Source: Somniosus microcephalus (taxonomy: Eukaryota). Taken from it: DNA of 64,000 nt. How positions within the stretch are numbered: position 1 is the first letter of the stretch; every line of letters starts with the position of its first letter. Made by a program: the position numbers and the translations under genes. The stretch spans positions 20,336,001 to 20,400,000 of the forward strand of contig CM126231.1 in the NCBI GenBank assembly GCA_052327205.1. Direction: 5' to 3'. Under the pieces are notes generated by a model. That model made no database searches. It was not told where the DNA came from and saw only the letters and a program-made list of their open reading frames with translations. Shown here piece after piece: positions 53,980 to 64,000 of the stretch.

Positions 53980-54284
53980 AGACACTTCTGTGGACCTCTG
54001 GGGGAAGGTGGGTGTTTGCTTCACAGAATATTGACAGGAGCAGGATTCCTGATGACTTGCGCCTCCCTAGACCAAGGGTGCTGAGCACTTTGGCCAAATC
54101 CCAAGCTGAATTCAGCATAGACCAGGAATCGGACCGGACACCTCCCTCGTGTTTATGGCTGCACTCACATTGGACACTGCCTTTGCCAACCTGTGCCCTG
54201 TTTTAGCAATTGCTCAAGGCTGGAGGTGGAGGGGATGTGTACCACAGTCCCATCTTCAGACTGATTAATATCACCAACAATCAA

Positions 54285-54672
54285 AGAAAAACTTGCATTT
54301 CTATAGCGCCTTTCACTATCTCAGGACGTCCCAAAGCGCTTCACAGCCAATGAAGTACTTCTTGAAATGTCGTCACTGTTGTGATGTACGAAACACAACA
54401 ACCAATTTGTGCACAGCAAGCTCCCATAAACAGCAATGAGATAATGACCAGGTAATCAGTTTCAGGTGTTTGTTGAGGGATAAACACTGGCCAGGTCACT
54501 GGGAGCAGCTTCGTTGCTCTCCTACGGATAGTGCCATGAGATTTTTTACGTCCACCTGAGGAGGCAGATGGGGCATCGTTTTAGTGTCTCATCCAAAAGA
54601 CGGCACCTCCCTCAGTACTGCACTGGGGTGCCAGCCTAGATTTTGTGCTCAAGGCGCTGGAGTGGGACTTGA
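54285..54672 (-). mobile_element. DeuSINE
   Basis: Similar to 44067-44533. Confidence 0.82.
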
Positions 54673-54792
54673 TCTGCAGCAGCCCCTGTGGTGATGGTGC
54701 TCCTACAATGGTGCAAGGTTCCAGAATATTGACTCAGTGATGATGATATATGTTCAAGTGAGGATGGTTTGAGAATAGGTGCTCTTTTGTAG

Positions 54793-55205
54793 TGGCACCC
54801 CATCCACCACCTTAAACATTCACTCCCTCCACCACCGGCGTACCGTGGCTGCAGTGTGTACCATCTACAAGATGCACTGCAGCAACTCGCCAAGGCTTCT
54901 TCGGCAGCACCTCCCAAACCCGTGACCTCTTCCACCTAGAAGGACAAGGGCAGCAGGCGCATGGGAACAACACCACCTCCAAGTCACGCACCATCCGGAC
55001 TTGGAAATATATCGGCCGTTCCTTCATCGTCGCTGGGTTAAAATCCTGGAACTCCCTCCCTAACAGCACTGTGGGAGTACCTTCACCACACAGACTGCAG
55101 CGGTTCAAGAAAGCGGCTCACCACCACCTTCTCAAGGGCAATTAGGGATGGGCAATAAATGTTGGCCTTACCAGCGACGCCCACATCCCAGGAAAGAATT
55201 AAAAA
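54793..55205 (+). mobile_element. CR1-group LINE (second family) 3' fragment
   Basis: Near-identical to 30880-31290. Confidence 0.88.
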
Positions 55206-55374
55206 TAAATTTGTTTCAATAGCCTGAAAGCTTGTGTAGCGTAATAGAATTGCAAGAAAAGTATTTAAGAAGGAGAAATGATTGGCAGTGTGGCTAACCA
55301 TAGCTCAATGGAAATGGGATGAGTATTACAGCTGAAATAGATTGTCCGTGGTTTTGTTTCAACTGAGCAGGATT

Positions 55375-55995
55375 ATAGAATCTTACGGCACAGAAAGAGA
55401 CCATTCGGCCCATCGTGCCTGTGCCGGCTCTTTGAAAGAGCTCTCCAATTAGTCCCACTCCCCTGCTCTTTCCCCAGAGCCCTGCAAATTTTTCCTTCAC
55501 AAGTATTTATCCATTTTGAAAGTCACTATTGAATCTGCTTCCACCATCCTTTCAGGCAGTGAATTCCAGATCATAACTCGTTGCGTAAAAAAAACCTCAT
55601 CTCCCCCTCTGGTTCTTTTGCAGATTGCCTTAAAATCTGTGTCCTCTGGTTACCGACCCTCCTGCCAGTGGAAACAGAGAAAATAAGGAGAAACTATCAA
55701 AACCACTGTCATGAATCTTATCATGACTCATGAAGTAACACTGGGCGGCCAGATGGTGGCGCCGTCCAAGGAGTATAAATACTCGGGCATGGGCTCAGCT
55801 TGCTCAGGATGTTTCTGTAACCAGGAACTAGTGATGTAACTAGAATCTCATGTTGTGAAACAGTTGATTAAAGCCTTGTTTTATAATCAAACCAAGGGCT
55901 CAGTAGTCTTTTTACATCAACCACTTACAATTTTGAACGCCCCTATTAAATCTCCCCTTAATCTTCTCTGCTCTAAGAACAGGCTCAGCTTCTCT
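55375..55995 (-). mobile_element. CR1 3' fragment interrupted by a solo LTR
   Basis: Similar to 33523-33950. Confidence 0.8.
55707..55919 (+). mobile_element. Solo LTR
   Basis: TGTC...CATCA termini, TATAAA, ATTAAA, 5-bp TSD ACCAC. Confidence 0.88.
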
Positions 55996-56187
55996 AGTCG
56001 CTGCTCCCTTGGTGAAATGCAGTCTGCACACAAACAGCTCCTCTGATAGTCGCTCCCTGACCAGTCTCTGGGGTTGAGGAGGGGCGGGGCGGGGGCAGTG
56101 GTTGTGGGAAGTTATTGCGACTGGTTCAGTCTCCGGACACGGTGCGTGACGCACCGCGGATTAGTATTGCAGCAACTCATCATCAGT

Positions 56188-56745
56188 AGAAACATAGAAG
56201 ATAGGAGCAGGAGTAGGCCATTCGGCCCCTCAAGCCTGCTCCGCCATTCAATGCGATCATGGCTGATCATCCAAATTCAGTACCCTGTCCCTGCCTTCTC
56301 CCCATATCCCTTGATCCCTTTAGCCTTAAGAAATATATCTAACTCCTTCTTGAATATATTTAATGAATTGGCCTCTACTGCCTTCTGTGGTAGAGAATTC
56401 CACAGGTTCACCACTCTCTGGGTGAAGAAATTCCTCCTCATCTCAGTCCTAAATGGCTTACCCCTTATCTTTAGACTGTGACCCCTGGTTCTGGACTCCC
56501 CCGCCATCGGGAACATCCTTCCTGCATCTAGTCTGTCTAGTCCTGTTAGAATTTTATAAGTTTCAATGAGATCTCCTCTCATTTTTCTAAACTCTAGCGA
56601 ATATAAGCCTAATCGACCCAATCTCTCCTCATACGTCATTCCTGCCATCCCAGGTATCAGCCTGGTGAATCTTCGCTGCACTCCCTCCATGGCAAGAACA
56701 TCCTTCCTCAGATAAAGGCGACCAAAACTGCACACAATACTCAAG
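56188..56745 (-). mobile_element. CR1 3' fragment
   Basis: ORF 56277-56810 core nearly identical to the 23141-23600 region. Confidence 0.93.
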
Positions 56746-57145
56746 TAACCTGCCTCACCAGGGTCTGAACCCTGCTGATGTTCTCGACCAGTGGGTGAAC
56801 AAACTGACACTTGGGCACTTCTGCTTCACCTTGATGGGACGTATGAGCAACAAGAGCATCACTGTGAATTGGCCGTCAAATGGGAATTCGTGCTGTGATG
56901 ATGTTTCCTGATCTCCCATTCTGCTTAAGCACAAGTCCTAAGATTCATGCGGCCCAAATAAATTAATAAAAAAGTCCACTTGATAAATGGGAAGCCGATC
57001 AATATGTATCCTAGACCTTGTGCTCTATCACTGCTCACTGTTCAGTACACATTGCCATTTGATGTGTTTTATGCACCATCTGCTGTTTGAATCAGTCATT
57101 TTTCCAGGTGAAGCCTTTGGAACGGTCCGACAAGCAAGATCCTTT

Positions 57146-58233
57146 GGCCTAGAAATTAGTTATAGCCAAGAAATGGGCAGTGTTTAGACTAAAAATAGTT
57201 AAGTAGCACCAGTTGAAAATCGTCTAGGCTGCTCGCAGAATTTAGTCCTCACTCCTTATTAAAATGATTGCAGTCATGATTCTCGTTTAAAAAAAAAACC
57301 AAGCTCATTGGGCAGTACACTGAAAAGATGGACCATTATCGGGTGTAGTCTAAGCTCAAGTAATGATTGCCACAGGATCTTTTCACTACTTAAAGGGGCG
57401 GTTCATTGATGCTGCAGCACCTCATTCTCATCATTGTTGGATATCCAGCTGCCTCAACAACCATAAGAAAAAGGATAAAGAGAAGGAGCTGTTATTTACA
57501 AATCCTGATGGCAGATCGCCGCCCCAGGCAAAGCGCCCGGAGGTTTTCGGATGAAGCGTTGGAGGCATTGGTTTTAGTGGTGGAGAGAAGGTGGGCGGTC
57601 CTGTACCAACTGGCAGGAGACCCTTGCTACAAGTCTGCCGACTACGTAGAGGGAGATAGTACACCACATCACTGGCAACCAGGACCCACACCCAGTGCAG
57701 GAAGAAGTTTAAAGAGCTCACATGAGTGGTCAGGGTGAGTGAATGCTTCAAAAGAAAAGCTACATTCCACCATCTGAACCACAATCTTTACACACTGCCC
57801 AATGCACCACACCCCCAGCACTCACCCACCCACACCCACATCTCACACCTTGCACACAATGACAGCTATTCAACTGTGGCAGGTGCAAGGGTCATTACTT
57901 CTTAGAATTCATGTCATACGTGTGATCTGTTGATAGATACATTTATTAAGTGTGTTTGGAATATTTTATGGGAGTTGGAGTCAGAGTTGGAGTCAGAGCC
58001 GTTAAGGTAAGTGGCTGTAATGAAGTTGGGAGACCGGATGTCCAGTGAGCGTTGCACACTCACTGATGTCACGATCTCCATGCTGGTGAGGTCCCTGGTG
58101 AGTGAGTTTACCAGCAACACTATTGGCAACACCGATATGGCGTGCGATCCTGGAACTGGCATCAGTGTTAACGGCATTTTAGTGCCATCTTGTGGCACTA
58201 ACGTGTGGCGCAAACCACATGAATTTCTAGCCC
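57146..58233 (+). mobile_element. Older non-autonomous Harbinger element with a Myb/SANT remnant
   Basis: TIRs GGCCTAGAAATT / AATTTCTAGCCC; no clean TSD. Confidence 0.7.
57508..57734 (+). pseudogene. Myb/SANT exon remnant
   Basis: MADRRPRQSARRFSDEALEALVLVVERRWAVLY...QCRKKFKELT*VVR followed by donor GTGAGT at the position homologous to 45902. Confidence 0.72.
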
Positions 58234-58453
58234 AGATTGTGTTTGATCAGTGTCAATATTTCCAAGTGTAGCATACACAAGTGTCATGTTAAGCTGGTGT
58301 GGTAAAGGAACAGCAATAGATCCAGGATGGTTGAGGCGACAGCGGGACACCGAATGTCAGGGCCAGGATGAAGTTCGACTGTTTGTTAGAGCAAAGCATC
58401 CATTGCTAAATTGTGGTGAAACAAGTGGATATTTATTCTGCCGTCGAGCAGTC

Positions 58454-58613
58454 CAGGCGTTACCGGGCACCCAATGTACAGGTGTCACCGGGCACCCAAT
58501 GTACAGGTGTCACCGGGCACCCAATGTACAGGCGTCACCGGGCACCCAATGTACAGGTGTCACCGGGCACCCAATGTACAGGCGTCACCGGGCACCCAAT
58601 GTACAGGCGTCAC
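58454..58613. repeat. 25-bp minisatellite, ~6.4 copies
   Basis: Unit cagg(c/t)gtcaccgggcacccaatgta. Confidence 0.95.
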
Positions 58614-58799
58614 TAGGCGATAGGTGGAATAGCTTTAATGGAATAATACTGAACATGCAAAAGAAATATATTTCTAAAACCAACAAGCTCAGTCTAAACA
58701 AATGTGACTCTAATTGGATTAACACAGAATAAAGTGAAATAAACAGGAAAAACAACCTCTACCTTATCATTCTATGATTCTATGATACAAATCCTGCAG

Positions 58800-59760
58800 A
58801 GACAACAGGAAGGGGCTTACCAGCATGAATGTAATAAAAGGCAGAAACATGCTAAAATGATATTCAGAAGGGCAAAGAGGAACCAATTAAAAGAAAGCAC
58901 AAGATAAAACACAAGTTGAAATATCTTTTTAGAACTGTAACAGTAAGAGATGAAAACATTAAAAGATGCAAACAGGCTTGAAACCAAGGATGAACACATA
59001 ATAATTAATATTCTGACTGATAGCTCCAGGAGTTCACCAAGTAAGAGGAGCGCAACATACCCTCCCTAAACCAAGATAAATTTATCAAAATCAATGACTT
59101 TGATACAAGTGAGATGGAAGTGCTGGATAAGCTCAAAGCACTCACAACAAATAAATCCCCAGGGATAATTACTACTTATCCCAGAGTACTGACAGAGTCT
59201 ATCATTTTAAAGGAGTCACTAGACAATGGGGAGATATCAGTAAAGAATAAACTCACACTTATATAGTGTCTTTCACGACTTCAGAAAATCCCCAAATGCT
59301 TCACAATGAATTACTTCTTAAGTATAATCATAGAATCATAGCGCCGGCCAACAAAGAGCTATCCAGCCTAATCCCACTTCCCAGCTCTTGGTCCGTAGCC
59401 CTGCAGGTTACAGCATCCCAAGTGCACATCCAAGTACTTTTTAAATGCAGTTAGGGTTCCTGCCTCTACCACCCTTTCAGGCAGTGAGTTCCAGACCCCC
59501 ACTGCCCTCTGGGTGAAGAAGTTTCCCCTCAAATCCCCTCTAAACCGTCCCACAATTACTTTAAATCTGTGCCCCCTTTTTTTGACCCCCCTGCTAAGGG
59601 AAATAGGTCCTTTCTATCCACTCTATCTATGCCCCTCATAATTTTATACACCTCAATAAGGTCTCCCCTAATCATTGTTGTAATGTAGGGAAAGTAGATT
59701 AGAAACAGGCCAATGCGGTGCCCATATTCAAAAAGGGAGATAAAACAACTTGAGGACTAA
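58800..59760 (+). mobile_element. Old CR1 ORF2 relic with nested SINE and CR1 fragments
   Basis: KLKALTTNKSPG, YPRVL and ANAVPIFKKGDK readable in pieces. Confidence 0.5.
59330..59670 (-). mobile_element. CR1 3' fragment
   Basis: FRGDLRGNFFTQR..WNSLPERVVEAG. Confidence 0.85.
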
Positions 59761-60002
59761 CTCAAAGGGAATGGCGGAATAGGATGTCCAAATGTAACTA
59801 GAGCCCTTAGTGCACCTGCCTGGAGGGTTACTTTAGTCACGTTGCGGGCTTTTACTGGCACAAATATCTTATCCCCAAATTGAGACACTGCAGTTGCTGC
59901 AAAACAAAACGATTGCAGAAAAGGGCATTGATTGTTGCCATGGGTGGAATACACTTTGTTGGTAGTAACACAATACTTTGCTCTCTCTAAATAGGCCGCA
60001 TT

Positions 60003-60367
60003 AGAATCATGCCCCTCATGTCTGTGCCAGCCAAAAAAGAGCTCTCCGGCCTAATCCCACTTCCCAGCTCTTGGTCCGTCACCCTGTCACTTCAAGTGCA
60101 TATCCAAGTACTTTCTAAATGTGCTGAGGGTTTCTGCTTCGACCACCCTTTCAGGCAGTGAGTTCCAGACCCCCACCACCCTCTGGGTGAAAAAATGTCT
60201 CTTCAACTCCCCTCTAATCCTTCTACCAATTACTTTAAATCTATGCCCCCTGGTTATTGACCTCTCTGCGAAGGGAAATAATAGGTCCTTGCTGCCCACT
60301 CTATCTAGGCCCCTCATAATTTTATACACCTCAATTAAATCTCCCCTCAGCCTCCTCTGTTCTAAAG
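60003..60367 (-). mobile_element. CR1 3' fragment
   Basis: YKIMRGLDRV..TRGHRFKV..WNSLP. Confidence 0.85.
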
Positions 60368-60564
60368 TTGTCCTGCAATTGGCGACTTAGTGAACTCAAA
60401 GCACTTCACACCGACTCTACCCTTGGACTCTGAATGCGTGCCAAAAGGTGTACACAAGATCGAAAGGGAACTGGGAATACTTAATCCTGAGCACTATTAG
60501 CTTACACTACATTTGCAGGACACTGTGACAAAGGTGGATCCAAGTAAAAAAAGGAGGCCGAGAT

Positions 60565-62441
60565 TGTTAGATCCGTGTGTTAATGGAGACACGGAATGCA
60601 GGAGTTGATTTAACAAGTGTTTACTGAACAAAGTCTGGAGGTGAACTAACTACACAAGACGCTATACAGGCTTATATACCCGAGTGGTCACTACTGGTAC
60701 TACAGTATACAGGGGCTTCAAAAACATAGTTCCTCTTAAAGGTACATACACTACAATTCCTCCCCCTTTAGATAAATAGTACATAACATTTTAAGTAATC
60801 ATTAAATAACATTTTTACAAGAACAATAATATACACATTTGCTGAAGTTAATCAATTACAAATTCAGTCTCTCTGGAGGCTTCCTGACTCGGTCCGGATA
60901 ACGCCTCGGTGGTGTAGTAGGTTCTTTTGGCAAGGTCGATTCGGCTTCAATGCCAGTGTCGGGTTCATCTGGTTCCAGTATCACCGGATCGGAGGTAGAT
61001 ACTATGGGTATCTCTGCTTCATCACTAGGCGTATAGAGTTGTGGTGTAGGTTGTCCTTTTTCGGATGACTCTATGATCTGGTCAGCACGGCGCCTTATTA
61101 TGCTTTCTCTAATGTCCACGGTATACATCAGCGGTCCTAGTTGTGTGCAAATAGTTCCAGGCTGCCATTTCTCGGTACGGTAGTCCCGGGCCAAAACTGG
61201 TTGACCTATCTGGAAGGTTCTAGTTGGCCTTTCATTCATGCTTTGAAATTGCCGGTTCTCTACGTCCCTTCTGACGTTTGGCTTGACCAAATCCAGCCGG
61301 CATCTTAGGCTTCTATTGAAAAACATCATGGCGGGGGTTTGGTTTGTAACTACATGTGTTGCATTCCTGTACGCAAACAAGAAGTTATCTACCTTATGTT
61401 GTAGATTTATGTCTTCATTACCCATGGCCTTTATGGCCTTCTTGAAGGTCTGGACAAACCTTTCAGCCAACCCATTGGTGGCGGGATGGTATGGGGCGGA
61501 CGTGTAGTGCTTAACCCCATTGTTTTTTAAGAACTTCCTGAATTCTTCGGATACAAATTGCGGTCCATTATCAGAACAGATCTGTTCAGGCAGCCCATTC
61601 TGGTGAATATGGTCCTTAATACTGTGATGGTTTTTTCCGTGGTGGTGGAGGACATCTTTATTACCTCCGGCAACTTGGAGTGTGCATCCATCGCGATTAA
61701 GAACATTGAGTCCATAAATGGACCAGCAAAGTCGATATGTACCCTTTGCCATGGAGATGAGGGCCACTCCCACGGATGTAGAGGGGCTTGTGGTGGGGCG
61801 TTTTGGACCTTCTGGCATCCTAGACAGCTCTTGGTCATTTCTTCGATGTCTCCATCGATACCTGGCCACCACACAAACGCTCTGGCTAAGTTCTTCATTT
61901 TCACTCCACCCAGATGCCCCTCGTGAAGCTCCTTTAGCACTCTATCCTTGAGTTTGGCTGGAATCACCACTCTGGATCCACACATCAAGGTTCCTCGGCA
62001 CACTGACAGCTGTTCTCTTCTTTGCGAGAATCATGGCAACAGTGGTTCGCCATGTGCTGGCCATCCCTTCACCGTTAAATCGTAGACTCGTGAGAGAGTC
62101 GGGTCATTTCGCGTTTCCTTTTCAATGGTAGAATTTGTCACCGGTAGACATTCCACTATGGTCGAGTGGAACATCTCCACTGGGTCCACTGTAGGCGCCT
62201 CTTCCACCGTTGGCAACGGTAGGCGCGATAACCCGTCAGCATTCCCATGCTGTTTTGTTCCTTTGTATTCTATGTCATATTGGTGTGCCCCTAGGAAAAG
62301 GGACCACCTCTGTAGCCTTTGCGCTGTCATAATGGGAACGCCCTTTTTAGGGTTGAATATGGAGATGAGGGGTTGATGGTCAGTCAACAAGGTAAATTTT
62401 TGTCCGTGTAGGTAATGGTTGAATTTCTTCACCCCCCACAC
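60565..62441 (-). mobile_element. Second Mag-like Gypsy element (RNase H end, integrase, PPT, 3' LTR 60565-60755), interrupted by CR1
   Basis: VWGVKKFNHYLHGQKF, HEGHLG, HIDFAGP, SDNG, NGLAERFV in frameshifted ORFs; PPT AAAGGGGGAGGAA; LTR begins with the same tgtagtgtatgtacctttaag as element 1. Confidence 0.92.
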
Positions 62442-63175
62442 CGCAGGGAAGGGCTGCACAGGAAGATAGGAAATGGGTGAGCACCAGGCGGAGCAATAGA
62501 AGCAGGCAGGTAGTGCAGGAGACCCCTGTGACCATTCCCCTCTCAAACAGGTATGCCGCTTTGGATACTGTTGAGGGGGATGACTCACCAGGGGAAGGCA
62601 GCAGCAGCCAACTTCCTGGCACTGGGGGTGCTCCTGCTGCCCAGGAAGGGGGGAAAAAGAGTGGGAGAGCAATAGTGGTAGGGGATTCTATAGTAAGGGG
62701 AACAGATAGGCGTTTCTGTGGCCGTAGACGTGAATCCAGGATGGTTTGTTGCCTCCCTGGTGCCAGGGTCAAGGATATCACTGAGCGGCTGCAGGGCATT
62801 CTGGACGGGGAGGGTGAACAGCCAGAGGTCGTGGTCCACATTGGTACCAACGACATAGGTAAAAAGAGGGATGAGGTCCTGCAGCAAGAATTTAGGGAGC
62901 TAGGTGAAGGATTAAAGAGCAGGACCTCAAAGGTTGTAATCTCTGGATTACTCCCGGTGCCACGTGCTAGTGAGTATAGGAATGGGAAGATAGAACAGAT
63001 GAATGCGTGGCTAAAGGGATGGTGCAGGGGGGAGGGCTTTAGTTTCCTGGATCACTGGGTCTGCTTCTGGGAAAGGTGGGACTTGTACAATTCGGACGGT
63101 TTACACCTGAACCAGAGGGGAACCAATATCCTTGCGGGTAGGTTTGCTAGCACTGCTGGGGGGGGTTTAAACTAA
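62441..63175 (+). CDS. CR1 ORF1p SGNH/GDSL esterase domain (N-terminus missing)
   Basis: LSNRYAAL, IVVGDSIVRG, PGA, HIGTND, DGLHLN: all four SGNH blocks present. Confidence 0.88.
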   Translation, partial: PQGRAAQEDRKWVSTRRSNRSRQVVQETPVTIPLSNRYAALDTVEGDDSPGEGSSSQLPGTGGAPAAQEGGKKSGRAIVVGDSIVRGTDRRFCGRRRESRMVCCLPGARVKDITERLQGILDGEGEQPEVVVHIGTNDIGKKRDEVLQQEFRELGEGLKSRTSKVVISGLLPVPRASEYRNGKIEQMNAWLKGWCRGEGFSFLDHWVCFWERWDLYNSDGLHLNQRGTNILAGRFASTAGGGLN

Positions 63176-64000
63176 CTTGGCAGGGGGATGGGGTACAGAG
63201 TGGAGCTATAGCAGGGGGTGATTTACAGCCAAACACAGAGAAAAAAACAAGGCAGAGCAAATATGTGAAGGCAAAAGGGAATATGGCAGGGCTGGAAGGC
63301 ATTTATTTTAATGCAAGGAGTCTTGCAAATAAGGTGGATGAACTGAAGTTGTTGTTGAACACATGGGAGTATGATATTGTTGCTATCACGGAGACATGGT
63401 TGAGGGAGGGTCAGGACTGGCAGCTCAATATTCCGGGGTATAGAATCTTCAGGCGAGACAGAGGGGGGTGTAAAAGGGGAGGGGGTGTTGCAATATTAAT
63501 TAAGGAGTCAATTACTGCTGTAAGGAGGGATGATATATTAGCAGGTTCCTCTAATGAGGCCATATGGGTAGAACTTAAAAACAAAAAGGGGGCAAGCACT
63601 TTGCTGGGAGTGTACTATAGGCCCCCAAACAGCCAGGGGGAGATAGAGGAACAGATATGTAGGCAAATCTCAGAAAAGTGCGAAAATAATAGGGTAATAA
63701 TAGTGGGGGATTTCAACTTCCCCAATATTAATTGGGATAGTCAGAGTGTGAAAGGTTTAGAGGGTGCAGAATTCTTAAAGTGCATCCAGGAGAGCTTTTT
63801 GAGCCAACATGTAGAAAGTCCTACAAGAGAGGGGGCGATACTGGACCTAATTCTGGGGAATGTAGCCGGGCAAGTGGTGGAAGTGTCAGTAGGAGAGCAT
63901 TTTGGCGACAGTGACCATAATTCGGTGAGATTTAAGGTGGTCATGGAAAAAGACAAAAACGGCCTGGAAATAAGGGTTCTAAATTGGGGGAAGGCCGATT
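62442..64000 (+). mobile_element. Young CR1 LINE, 5'-truncated within ORF1, extending beyond the window
   Basis: Open esterase ORF1 and open APE ORF2. Confidence 0.93.
63283..64000 (+). CDS. CR1 ORF2 apurinic-like endonuclease (partial; absent from the ORF track because it has no stop in the window)
   Basis: Manual translation: GIYFNARSL, AITETWL, RRDR..GGGVA, GVYYRPP, VGDFNFP, ILDLIL, SDH; the frame is already open from 63151. Confidence 0.9.
   Translation, partial: MAGLEGIYFNARSLANKVDELKLLLNTWEYDIVAITETWLREGQDWQLNIPGYRIFRRDRGGCKRGGGVAILIKESITAVRRDDILAGSSNEAIWVELKNKKGASTLLGVYYRPPNSQGEIEEQICRQISEKCENNRVIIVGDFNFPNINWDSQSVKGLEGAEFLKCIQESFLSQHVESPTREGAILDLILGNVAGQVVEVSVGEHFGDSDHNSVRFKVVMEKDKNGLEIRVLNWGKAD

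Noticed and set aside
55743-55765. CTCF-like motif in the solo LTR
   Set aside because: At least two core mismatches and poorly conserved in the sister LTR
53749-55919. Single LTR element with a 1.7-kb interior
   Set aside because: Each LTR has its own TSD and the interior is unrelated SINE/LINE sequence with no PBS or PPT
58250-58732. ORF with repeated Cys/His peptides; CRISPR-like look
   Set aside because: Translation of a 25-bp minisatellite; unit length not a multiple of 3, no spacers, eukaryotic context
270-63956. Many antisense ORFs over CR1 and Gypsy sequence
   Set aside because: Shadow frames of TE coding strands with no independent motifs

Overview
Vertebrate, almost certainly cartilaginous-fish (shark-like), non-coding DNA. 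The taxon is inferred from the HE1/SacSINE-type SINEs and shark-type CR1. I found no host gene exon I can support, and the window is largely a nested mosaic of transposable elements. It holds many CR1 LINE fragments, including one young copy with an SGNH-esterase ORF1 and an open APE ORF2 running off the right edge. It also holds L2, Rex1/Babar, RTE and a second CR1-group LINE family, plus three tRNA-derived SINE families, each sharing its 3' tail with a LINE in the window. There is one full-length Mag-type Ty3/Gypsy element with 213-bp LTRs, PBS, PPT and TSD, a second related Gypsy element, and two solo LTRs. Five PIF/Harbinger-type non-autonomous DNA transposons are present, two carrying remnants of a spliced Myb/SANT gene. 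The most interesting signals are an in-phase U_UUA_AAC -1 slippery site at the CR1 ORF1/ORF2 overlap, the spliced Myb/SANT cargo, three SINE/LINE tail pairs, and an LF-SINE-like relic. Family names come from motif recognition and memory, not database searches. Boundaries are approximate unless a TSD or TIR is quoted.
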